NCBI RefSeq assembly: GCF_021028975.2 | Contig: NC_059430.1 | Location: forward strand, 39,680,001-39,744,000 | DNA: 64,000 nucleotides | Source: Sphaerodactylus townsendi | Lineage: Eukaryota | Direction of reading: 5' to 3' | Shown: positions 52,590 to 64,000 of the stretch, one piece after another | How positions within the stretch are numbered: the stretch's first letter is position 1 | Layout of the letters: every line of letters begins with the position of its first letter | Notes under the pieces: generated by a model | What the model was told of the DNA's origin: nothing | Seen by the model: only the letters and a program-made list of their open reading frames with translations | Database searches by the model: none | Made by a program: the position numbers and the translations under genes

Positions 52590-52765
52590 CCTGGATAGGC
52601 CATGCTAGCATGATCTCATCAGATCTCAGAAGCTAATCAGGGCCGACCCTGGTTAGTACTTGGTTGCTATGCAGAGGCAGCAATGGCAAACCACCTCTGT
52701 TAGTCTCTTGTCTTGAAAACAGTTGCCATAAGTCGGCTATGACTCGACAGTACTTTACACACACA
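52590..52765 (+). mobile_element. 5S rRNA-derived SINE
   Basis: Head gatctcatcagatctcagaagctaa.cagggc..cctggttagtacttgg resembles the 5S internal control region, followed by a non-5S body. Related pieces occur at 49215-49500. Confidence 0.6.
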
Positions 52766-55700
52766 GAATGTGAATGTGAGGAAGAGCTTGAATAAGATCC
52801 CAAAGAGACTGCTTTTTTATCTATCTATCGATCGACCGACCGACCGACCGACGAACGGATGGGATTTCTATACCGCCCAATCCCCAAAGGGCTCTGCTTT
52901 ATCCGTGCTTATCTTTTAACCTGTTATACTTTAACCTGTTATACTTTAAAAAGAAAATTTGCTTCAGGCTCATTTTCATTTTCTATTAAATTTGTATCAC
53001 AACTTTACTTTTTTAGTTGGATAAAGACTAGTCTGTTTGGGTCACAAAGCAGTCACTAGAAGCCCTTGGTCCTGAACTGCCCAATCTCTCTAAAAGGGAT
53101 TTCTGTGGAATTGTTTTGCTGCTCTATATTCCTTTCTTATGCAGTGGCTTTACTTTTAGAAATAAGGCAGGAGACTCTTCCATTTGTCAGAGAGTAACAG
53201 GTAGTTAGCCTTTTAGCACTGGCTAAATATTACTTAAGTGGTTTTTAAGGTTTTGTTTTGTTTTTAGTCTTTTGGAATGCTCGTCAGGAATTTCATTGCT
53301 TTCATTGATTAGTAGGACAACTGATGTGTCTCAGAACTTTTTACTGTTTGTTGTTTAGCCAGTATTATAAAATTTTTACTGCTAGCATAAATAATTTTAA
53401 TTCATGTTTCCTTTTCCATTCCTATCTATAAAAGTTGGCAATAATTTTGTTAAAAATTCTGCATCTACTTGAAAAGTAAAATAAACACAAAAAAGCAAGG
53501 AAGGCCATCTGCTAGAAATGCTTTGGGTATAGGCTAACTTATTTTAGGGCATGGACCTCTAAGTAAGCTATCCAGGTGTCTTCCAGTTTTAATATTAGTG
53601 ATTGTCTTTAAATATACAATGTATTTAGAGCCAGTCTACTCTAAGAGAAGATGAGCAGAGGTGGTTAACACAGCAATGATAGGGTACCTATCACTGGGAA
53701 ATACCTGGAGATTTTAGGGGTGAAATCTGGGGAAGATAGGATTTCAGGAGGGGAGGGGCATCAGCAGGGTGTGATGAAATACAGTTCACTCTTCAAAGTG
53801 GCCAGTTTTTCCAGGGGAATTGAACTCTGTCATCTGGAGACAAATTGTAAAAGCGGGAGATACCAAGGTATCAAGTGAGTTGGCAACCCTAAGAAATGAA
53901 GATATACATTGTGCTGGCACTGTATTTTTTTGGTCAGCTTGATATTCACCCAGTCATTATTGGAGAAGTGTGTTGTCCAGTTAGTGGGTTAGCCCTGCAC
54001 TCAGAATACCTTCCTGCCTGTTGCATTTTTATCCTGCCCTTTCTATGAAGAACTAAGGGCAGCAAACATGATTCTCCTTGTGGTAAACCTGCCCTGGGTC
54101 TGTGCATTCTTGCATGCATGTGCATGTAAACCATGTTTCCTCTTTGCTGTGCTGCCACCTCAAGTTAAAATCCAGCCTCCCCCATAACCAGTGTCTTGGG
54201 GAAACCTGGTAATGTCTGCCTCTGAGAAAGTACAAAGGGCAGAGCTTTCAACCCATCCCATGTAAGCAAGTGTAAGTGATCTACATGTCATGGGGAGGAG
54301 TTTGAATCATAGTCTGCTTTCTTAAACAATAAAATACGTTATTGCTATAAATTCAGCTAGAGCACAGACATAGAAAATAGCCATCAAGTATGATGGTTAC
54401 AGAACTAATGAAAAGAATGTAAAACATAAGTCTAAGCTAACTTAACAATGCAGAACAGTTACCTCTGACAACCTCCAACACAAATAGAATAGGTACAGTG
54501 TAATGACTATACAAAAAGGGAAGGGACCACTGTACCCTGCTGCCAATAATTATAACAAACCTAAAGTGCAATTTTTAATACAGTGTAAAAGTGAATTGGT
54601 GCAAATAGGAGCAAAACTGTACATACTGTGTTAAAATAAGCAATGTCATCCTAATAACAATTAGTCTTATCATGTAACAATAACCAGAAAAGATGTTAAC
54701 ATACAATCACACAATTAAGGACCACACACAGACTGTCCTTATTGTTTCTGTATGGATTTTACAGAAGCACAAAAATGGAAATAAGACAACAGTCAATGGT
54801 AATATTCCAAAAAACTTGCATGCTCTGTCATTCCTTTTTCAGGTAAACTTTGCAATGGTTCTTCAATTATCCAGTCTCCCACTTTCCAAGACCTGCAGTG
54901 TCCTCCCAGTGAAATTGACACAAATATCCTGAATGTGTAGATGTCACAGAATGCAGCCCACAGCGAGCAGCGTTTTCAGGGAAAAACCTTCCTCAGTTTA
55001 TAAGTTTGCTCAGGAAGATTAGTTACAGGATTCAAATAATGAATGGATAAGGATTTCACCCATATTCACTGATATAAATAGTTTAAAAACCAATAATAAA
55101 TACCCACATGAATAATTATAAGTTAATAAATAGAATAACCTCACATTATAAACAGAGTGATGAATTCTATTAGTAGAGCAGTCAATATTGTTTATGATAA
55201 AATTAGATTAGTAATACTCACAAATTGTGGAATGAAACTCTCTCAATTCTGTGGTGACTGAATCTCTGCCACTGTGTGCTTGAACCATGCACAAATCCAT
55301 TCAAAGACTTTTATTAGATACAGCTGTAGCCAGCTGGCTGAATCTCTCAAAGGTAAGTACAGTAATAACATTGTTACATTTGTTATATTTTCCTTTCGCC
55401 TCTCTTACAGATCCACAGGGGACCATTACAATGCCCAACATACACCAAAGAAACTCTGGTCAGTTTCACAGAAAACTGGACTGATTGTTATCCGCATTCA
55501 ATCCCCATTCTATACATGAACCAAGTTTATGAATCTGCTACGCTTCCGGCTTCAATAAATATTTAGTAATATTCACTCCTGTTTGTTGTTTTCCTTGGTG
55601 TTTCTAAAGAACACAAAACTTAAAGTCCCTATGGCTATGTTTCTGTTCAATAAAATGTTAAACTGTGGGGGCATCCATACACACGTGTGCATACTGTTCT

Positions 55701-58094
55701 GCATGTCATCTCCATGTAATTTTTTTTACAAGTGCACAAGAGAACATACATACATTGCTTAGTAGCACATGTTGAAAAATGATACAGTTGCCCTGTGTTG
55801 GTGAGAAGACTTTCTCAGATTTAGGAGACTTGGCCCACATAGGAGGAGATACCCCCAGATACCCTCCAGTCATTCTGGAGGGCACGCTTCACCCATTTGC
55901 AAACTCAACTTATGTTTTACAACTGCTATCCATCTTGACTTTCATCCCAGCAGGTGAGCAAATGGCTATCTCCCATCAGAAACCCATCTCCTGCTCTCCC
56001 AAACCTCTTGGTGCATTTTATGATTCTCTTCCCTGGGAAAATAAACTGTTGACAAGATCTCAGGAATTCGCTGAAGTGCTTCAAATCACTTTATATCTCG
56101 TAATCATAGCACTCTTCTTCACTTTGTCTTCACAACAGCACTGTGGTAGGTCACTTGGAGAGAAAGTGACTGGCCCAAGTTAAGGATCTGAATCCAGGTC
56201 TCCCGGCCTAATCCAACACTCTAGGGATTATACCACAATAGTTGTCGTTGGTTTAAGCCAGGTTTATCTCTGAGATGGGTTGGTGAGTCTGTGTTCTTTC
56301 TTAAGAAATATTTCAGACAGGATTGTTAGGGTGCCGAGAGAAAGACTGACCATGAGAAGTCCCATAGATATTATAATGTGAACTTTTGGGAGCCTTTAGA
56401 AGATGAGAGAGAATCAACTCAGTGCATGTGATTTGTAATTATAGGCTTTTGAGCAGGGGCTTCACTCCATATAGTGTCCCATGTTGCACAGCTGGAAAGC
56501 AGATGTGCTAATCTCTGTTCTGCTTTCCTTTGAAGTTGCAGGGCCTGGAAGACATTTGTGAAGTCTTTGTTAATAGCTCATGATTCCCCCACCCCCCTGT
56601 ACTCCTGTACCAAATACATTTAAAACTTTTGAAGAATATGTTTTAATAACTTAAAAAAACAATACTAATGACTAGCAATGATTAGTTTGCACATACCCAT
56701 TTTAAGTGAAAATAGAAAACCGCACAGCACCCCAGTGATTCCGGCCGTGAAAGCCTTCGACAATACGTTGAAAATAGACTGAGTTAAGCACCCCTTGTAC
56801 TGGAGCTGCAGAGCCAGAATTTGAAACATGACTTCCTTTGGAATCTGTGGGATTCCATTAGTTACAGCATTATACCCTTTTCCTAGAATAACATTGTTAT
56901 TATGTGTCAACATCCAACTCTGTCATTATTCATATTTATCTGTATTTGCCAACCTTAGGCAATTTGCTCTGCAGTTGCTCTGCCTACAAAGAGATTCAGA
57001 TCACTGCCTTACTGTTCTGCAGGCATGTGGTGGAGACACTTGACTTTTTACAAGTGACATTGCTTTGAAAAATGCTGTTTCCTCCCATTTCGTTCATGGC
57101 TGACTGGATACAAGCAAATGGGAGGCATTTCCTTTGACTTTGCTCTTAAACATATTTATCATATAATTATTTTTGAGTGTCAGAGGGACAGGAGGGGGCT
57201 ATCCCCCTTAACCCACCATCGGTTCCTATCTAATTTCTTCTCTTCAGAAATACTTATAAATAATGAAAGGCCCGGCAAGGCTTTAAGAGGCTTGCTGGGT
57301 AAACTACTAGGCCTTCCGGTTCAGCACTTTCACAATGTTTATTGTAAGTGTTTGTGGGGTGACCCATTTGTCCTTTTCTTTGCTGCATTACTTTTCTCCT
57401 TTTGGGGGCCTGCCTTGGCATAATCCATACAGAAATTCTCTTGGGCAAAAGCTCCTTTGACATGAGTGGGAGCTTTGCAAAGGAGAACTCCTTGGCAGAA
57501 CCTGGCCCTGTGTTTCCACAGCAGAGTCTGCCTGTTCAAGGCATGTCACTTTTCTACCTTCTTGGGTTTTTTTAATTTTCACTGGCTTTTAATGTTCTCT
57601 ACTTCAGAGATCCCTCCTCCTCCCCACCTGTCCAATAATAGATTTCTCAGCATAATAAATATACACTTATGATTCAGTTGTCGTATAGTGCCCATGTTTT
57701 TTTTTTGTAGGGTTTATTTATTTGAGCTTATATTTATTTATTTATTTTTTGAGCTTATATACCGCCCCATCCCCGGGGGGCTCTGGGCGGTGTTTACCTC
57801 TGTGGTGGGAATAATGAATTTTCTGGAGAAAATACTTAAAGTACTTACTTAAACTTTTCTCGGGTATCACATCTGTTGGCTATAAAAGGGGGTTAGATGG
57901 ATTCATGTAAGTTCAGTCCATCAAGGGCCACTTGCTAGGGTAACTACAGGGATCTTCCATATTCCGAGTCATTAAACCTGTGAGTACCGTTGCAAAGAGG
58001 CAACATCAGGGAAATGCTTGGCCTCTATGCCCTGTTTGTTGACCTTCCAGGACAACTGGTTGGCTGCAGTGTAAAACAGGATGATAGACTAGAA

Positions 58095-58240
58095 CCGTGG
58101 TGGCGAACCTTTGGCACTCCAGATGTTATAGACTACAATTCCCATCAGCCCCTGCCAGCATTGCCAATTGGCCATGCTGGCAGGGGCTGATGGGAATTGT
58201 AGTCCATAACATCTGGAGTGCCAAAGGTTCGCCACCACTG
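58095..58240. mobile_element. Palindromic hAT MITE nested in a CR1 3' end (~57870-58270)
   Basis: Almost perfect 146-bp palindrome; TSD GACTAGAA. Related copies lie near 217-300, 42798-42878 and 45157-45290. Confidence 0.88.
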
Positions 58241-60381
58241 GACTAGAAGGACCATTAGCCTGATTCAGCAGGGCTCTTCTTATGTTCTTATGGTGTTGAA
58301 CTTGCATCACAGAATTTAGTTGTGTGATTGTCAGAGGTGCTGCTGGATATTCTTTATGATGTTGGCAAATGGCACTCCTACCCAGCCTGCAAGCCACCGT
58401 ATAAACTTCCTTTTCAAAGTTTTTATTTTGTATATGTTGACAAATATCCTTTGAGCACTCCATCCACTGGAACCCTGATCCAGGTCATTTTTTGTTTGTT
58501 TTAAAAATCTATACAGAAGAACATAGCTACTGCCTGTCCAGGGAGGGGGCTGCCACCTATCACTTTGCAGGCTTTCCCACCTATCTTCCTTAATCAGATG
58601 GTTGCTCAAGGATCACATGATGCCCTGCAACTGGCAACCCTGCCCCAGCAAATGCCAGAACTCCCTGGAAGCCAGAAACCAGGAGAAGCTGCAGGGAACT
58701 GGCTGAATTACCTGGGCAGCAGGAACAGGCCTCAGCTGTTACCAGCACAGGCCCAACCCAGCTTCAATCAACAAATCTCAACATTTCCACAGAGTGGGGT
58801 GGGGCCAGCACAGCCCAGAACAGGCTGCACCCAGGGAGGAGGAACTAGAGCCCTGATGGGCCAATCTCGACCCAGCAGGGCTCGACAGGCAGCCTTCTAA
58901 CCACTAGAAGGCTGGAATAGGGAGTCCCAAAGGGAAAGGAATCCTTTTTGCATAAAAGGAACACAGGGGAAGAGGCCAGGGAGGAAGGAAGGAGAGAGAT
59001 TAGAAGGGTGTAAGAGTGCTGTAAACTGCTTGCCATTAATGTCTGCCTGCTGGAAACAGCTGTCCTTCAAGTGCTTCATTGCTTCATGGATAGTTCACCA
59101 GGGTGCCAGTGTACCCTGCAAGGAGACACTCACGCCATCACTTACCAGTTTTATGAATCTTTACGTGAATGATTTTGGCATCTTTGGAGGCAGCCTTTTC
59201 CCTTTCTCTCAGAATGCAATGCTTGTGTTTTGTTTTTAACAGACTGCAGCATCATGACAGTTCTCTCGCCCTGCCATTAAATGTGGATGGAAGAGTTCCT
59301 ATTATTGCTTCATGGGAACTTGTATGGGGATTGTGCAAAGGATAAAATGATGTGGCTGGGTATACCTTTTCTGGTTAGACTAGGAGGCCCCTGGGCTCCA
59401 GCTCAGCCAGTCTGATTCCAAAATGTTTGTGAACGTCTAGTGATCAGGAAAACACAGTTGGTCACCTTAAATATAGCAGAAATGGCAGACTCTCAGATCA
59501 GCTGGTAGTCTCTTCCAAAGATTGGGAGCAGCTTGGAAGACTGTCTGGTCGTATCGGATACAGAAGCAGCATAAGGGAAAGTCTGAAAGTCTGTTGAATT
59601 TCTTCCATGGTTAATTTATGATGTTTTAAACAGGGTTTTTCTATGCATTGAGTTAATATCAGAATAGTGATTTATGTTGCTCCAGCTGTAGCAGAACACA
59701 CTTAAATAATCTAACTTAGCAAATATGCAATGAATCAAACAGAAAACTTCTGTTGCACCTTAAAAACTAACACAGTTTATTCCAGCATAAGGTTAGAGCT
59801 CACTCCTTCAGATGTACAAAGTGAAAAAATCTTTTTAATGGATTTTTAGAAGGAACCTTATAGTAATGGGGGGTGGGGGGAGGCAGATAGTAGCAGACCA
59901 AGAGAAGATTCTCTTCCCCCTTTTTTAATGTGACATTTCTACCTTATCCTCCGTGACGAATGAAGTCTGACTCACAAAAGGTTAGGCTGGAATAAACTTG
60001 ATGGCCTTTAATGTGCTATGGGACTTCTGTTTGCCACAGAATAATACTGGCTACCTCTTTTAAAATATTAATCAATACAAGTGTGTACTCATTAATTTGT
60101 CTGCAGAATTGTTCCTCTGTTAAACATCTGGAAACAACTGGCTACTGCTGTTCTTTCCGTTCTTTTCTAGTTTTTTTTTTAAAGGCACCATTATAGCTTC
60201 TTGGGGCTGCTTCTTTTGAGGGAGACAATCATGAAGGCTAGGCTACCATGAGCAAGCGACTTTAGCCTGAAATGGGTACTTGTTGCCATGGCCGGCTTTC
60301 ACCACATGATGTCACTGTGAGGCAGAATTTCCATTTCAGCTGGGCTTGAATAATCTGCAGATAGAAGAGACCGGTCAAGAA

Positions 60382-60475
60382 AATCAAGTGTTGTCGGCGT
60401 GTGGTGAAGTCTGTACATTTCATGCATGAACCGATGAAACGTACAGACCTCACCACAGGCCAGCAACACTTGATT
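60382..60475 (-). ncRNA. Candidate pre-miRNA-like hairpin (unverified)
   Basis: 42-nt arms with 5 non-matching positions and a 10-nt loop; no TIR/TSD context; not recognised as a named family. Confidence 0.35.
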
Positions 60476-62709
60476 GGTTGCTTATTATGAGGACAGAACT
60501 TTATAATCTCCTGCCATGCTGTCAGGTAGGTCACCCATATTCCCATGTTGCAGACTGGGCATTTTTGCTAAGAGAGTGTGGTTTGCCCTTGGCCAAAAGG
60601 GAAATTCATAACTGAGCAAAGTTTCAAACGTTGATATCTCTGTTTCAGACAGGTCTTCCTACAGGTATTTCTAGGGTGATCAAATAGAAAGGAGGGCAAG
60701 GCTCCAGATACCTTTAATGCTTCTGCAGGAGAAGGGAATTTCAGCCTGTGCCACTTGTCATGCACAAGTGAGAAAAGCTGCACCTGTTGAACTTGCCTCT
60801 TTTCCTCAACACAGGTGCTTCATCCAGGACTGGAGCAAGGGGGAACTTCACCTGGGGCATGCGTGCGCCCTGTGCCCCTGCCACACCCCAGCCCTGGAAC
60901 GCCCCTGCCATGCCCCTGCACTGGCTTCCTCCTTTTATTTGAAAGAAAGTTTCCTTTTTAATCACTAGATTTGTCCAGTATAAAAATAGCAGTATTGAGC
61001 AATCCGTTGCACACCTCCCGTTGCCCACTGCTGTCCCAGACTCTGGTTTGCAATTCACCTGGGAGAAGGCACAGTTCCCAACATTTCCACACACCCCAAA
61101 TTATTTTTCAAAGCGGTGCTGGTGTTTAAGATGGCATTAGGGTGGTTGAAGGCATTGTGAGAGAAACTTCAGGTCTCATGCAATGGATAAGTGCCGTTAT
61201 CGCTGTCAAAATCCACCCAGAGCACCATGAAAGGGTGGGGTTTTTTGGTAGCAAGGTACAGTGGGGTAACTTGTCCCTCTGTGATTCTCTGGGAAATCCA
61301 ATATGTCTGATTTTATCAGCTGTCTGAAAAATAAAGAGTGCCACAGAAGAGAAACTACATGTACAAGCCAGATCCAGAAAATCATAGCCTCAAATCCTTA
61401 ATGTTTGGAAAGGCCCTATGGCAGCTATCCCCCTTCTGCTGCATTCTCTAGTCTAAATGGGGTGGGTGGGGAAAAAGAGTGAAGAGGCATGGTGTGTTCC
61501 TGTGGTGTTGATTGTCCCACCCTGCTGCATTGCCAGAATGAGAGCCAAGCAATTCGCCTAACTCTCTCTCCCCCCACCCTCATTAGCAAACAAATAGTGT
61601 GCAATTAGAGGGTTCCAAGACGCAGACCTAAATCCCCATTTGTATTCTGGCTCGAACACCAGCACAGAAGGGTGGCTGTCCAATTAAATGGACAAAAATG
61701 CTTGTTATGGGTCCAGCTCAGTAGGGTATGATGATATGTCTCCGTCCCGCATAACCTGCTTTTTCTAACCCAGCCAGCATTTTGCAGCCTCTCTCCCTGC
61801 CTGCCTGCCTGCCTCTCGGTTCTATTTTTTTTTTTACTCCTCTCTGCCTGAGCTTGCATTCATCCTCCTTCCTCATGTCAGTGCCTTTGTACTGCATTGT
61901 CATCTCTTTCCTCCCTGCCCCTTTCTTCTATTTCCACCCTTTACTCTTTCCTCAAAGTTCAGTCCTAGTGATTATTTTTATGGAGGGTCCTGTGTTTTTG
62001 CTCAGGAGGCATCAGGATAGACTTCCTTGCCTCTTGAAAATAACCACAATTGCCCTTCGGACACTGTGCTTCTTTCCTCTGCTTGTTGTCATTTTCATTT
62101 CTTTACTCAATGAGATCTCTTGCTGAAGGGACCCAGATTAGAGGCTATTTGGCATAAGCATGTCGTACTGAGTGTTTTGCATAGCCATACAGGTGGAATC
62201 GTGTCTCTTCTCTGGCATTTCTGTTCCTTGCTAGCAGAGAGTCCTGGGTGTGGACCTGAGAGAAATGGCCAGTTGTGGTTCTGATTGCAATGGGTTAGGT
62301 GAGAGAAGGCTAGCATGTCTTGCAAGGACGTGGACAGCCATCCAAGGGCATCTGGAATTGGGTGGGGAAGTGGCTGTACCTGTAGGCATGGCAACTGGGA
62401 ATGTGCCAGCCAGGCGTCCTATATATGGCAGGATTTTTGTATTAGCATCCTGAACATGGAGGCCACCAAAAAGTAGGGCTTTAAACATTCTGGTTGAGGT
62501 CTCTCCTTCCAGAACTGTCCAGGAGAAGATTTTTTTTGTATATATCCTGTGAAGCTCTAAAGTGTAGCAAAGTATGCCTGATTCCAGTGTGACACGACTC
62601 CCTCATTGGCATGGTCCTGTGGCATACAAAAACAAAGACAGACAATAGAATTTCAAAAATCTGCATGGATTTTCTGGCAGCGATAAATAAGCTTTTGTTG
62701 AACCTCTGT

Positions 62710-63457
62710 CAGGGGGTACCAGCCATGGCGACATGAGGGGGCAAATGTCCCCAGGCGGTGCCCACGTAGTCACAGGGAGGGGGAATCGCCCCCACCCCTC
62801 CTCCTTCCCCCCCTGTCGAAGTCCAGGGGCCGCAAGCAAGTGAGACCGGGGCGCGGGGAGGAGTCTTGGTGTCTTCTCTTTTTTTGTCTGTGTCCTCTTT
62901 GCTAGCCTCTTGTCTGTCAACTATCCCTTCTTCCCTCTCTTCTTGGCGTGCCCAGAAATCTCTACTCCCCTTTGACTGGCAGCTCCTGCCGCTTGCCCAG
63001 CCAGCACGAGCTTCACGCCCCTTGGCCTGGGGCTGACTGTCATGCCTGCTGCTTGCTGCCCCACATGAAGAGGGGAGCCCCCCATGCTGGTGCTGCCCAG
63101 CCTGTTCCCCTCCACCCCAGGCAGCTCCTCCTGGGCTCAGCCAGGCTTGGCTGGGGTGGCTTAATCCTAGACAAGGGGTCTTAGGCTGGCAGCCAAGGTG
63201 TGCTTTTAAGGAGAGCCCAGGAGGGACTGGCCTGGGCAAGCCATCCTCAAGAGAATAGTAAGTTTTTTTAAAAAGTAAAAAGTGCACCCAAACAGATCTG
63301 GAAGACAAGATGGCTCCCCGAGGATGGCCCCATTCCTGACAGGGAGGCCGTGGGAGAGGGGCGCGTGAAAAATTCAGTTCTTGCCCTGGGCTCCATGGGG
63401 GGTGGGCGGAAAACTCAGTTCTTGCCACTGGCTCCATTTTCTGTTGATACGCCACTG
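62710..63457. mobile_element. hAT-type GC-rich non-autonomous element
   Basis: CAGGGGGTA.CA / TGATACGCCACTG ends; 7/8 TSD ACCTCTGT / ACATCTGT. Confidence 0.65.
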
Positions 63458-63621
63458 ACATCTGTTCATTGGCATTTAAAAGTAGAGGAGAACTTCTGTT
63501 CTGAAAGCCACGGTTACCGTATCTATAAGCTTCCTAACGTAGTTCCAGGTCAGTCCAATAATGCAAATGGTTCACCATCTCAGCCAGACTTTTTCTTGGG
63601 ATTAGGCTTCTCCTAGACCCC

Positions 63622-63759
63622 TTCTGCACATGCAGAATAATGCACATTCAATCCACTTTCATAGTTGTTTGAAAGTGGATTTTGCTACTCCACACAGTAA
63701 AATCCAGCTTCAAAGTGCATTGAAAATGGATTGAAAGTGTGTTATTCTGCATTTGCGGA
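63622..63759. mobile_element. Foldback MITE
   Basis: Inverted arms tgcagaataatgcaca.tcaatcca / tggattgaaagtgtgttattctgca. Confidence 0.65.
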
Positions 63760-64000
63760 GTCTACTTAGCTGTATGAGATTCCCTTGTCCCCCAGACTCT
63801 GAAGGCTTTCTGCATGAAGAGGGAGATCTAAACATTTGCAAAATTACCAAACTGGTTTGTTGGATCATAAAACTGTAGGACTGAGAAACTGTAGGACTGA
63901 TTTCTTTTGTTTTGCCTTGGATTCATGTTGATTCCTAGATCTAGAATAGACTCCTTTCCTACATCGTTCAAGATTACTTGGCTGCTTTCTTTTGACTTTC

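Noticed and set aside
52590-52665. 5S rRNA gene
   Set aside because: Only a partial, diverged 5S-like head fused to a SINE body.
62709-63461. 250-aa minus-strand ORF
   Set aside because: Coincides with a GC-rich hAT-like element; low complexity and no transposase motifs.
48700-64000. CACNA1I exons expected beyond RPS19BP1 by synteny
   Set aside because: No calcium-channel coding sequence is recognisable; the gene probably begins beyond the window.

Overview
Vertebrate nuclear DNA, not prokaryotic. The repeat repertoire suggests a squamate reptile, probably a gecko (inference). The window holds the conserved MIEF1(+) - ATF4(+) - RPS19BP1(-) block. MIEF1 is bicistronic: a 70-aa LYR-motif microprotein (AltMIEF1/MIEF1-MP, 14362-14574) precedes the 463-aa MiD51 CDS (4 coding exons, 15721-19941). 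ATF4 (355 aa, 36823-38132) keeps the uORF1/overlapping uORF2 stress-response leader, but uORF1 is 6 codons rather than the usual 3. RPS19BP1/AROS (145 aa, 4 exons, 48497-42384) faces ATF4. Most other sequence is transposon-derived: an RTE LINE, an R4/Dong LINE, L2/CR1/L1-like fragments, SINEs, a Helitron, many hAT MITEs with 8-bp TSDs (one SPIN-like), and Penelope-like remnants with hammerhead-ribozyme cores. The best unexplained signals are a 94-nt pre-miRNA-like hairpin (60382-60475), an intronic copy of the sequence that follows the AltMIEF1 stop, the shifted ATF4 uORF1 stop, an ATF4 intronic regulatory module, and an upstream C/EBP-ATF element. Comparisons with human sequences are from recall and were not computed.
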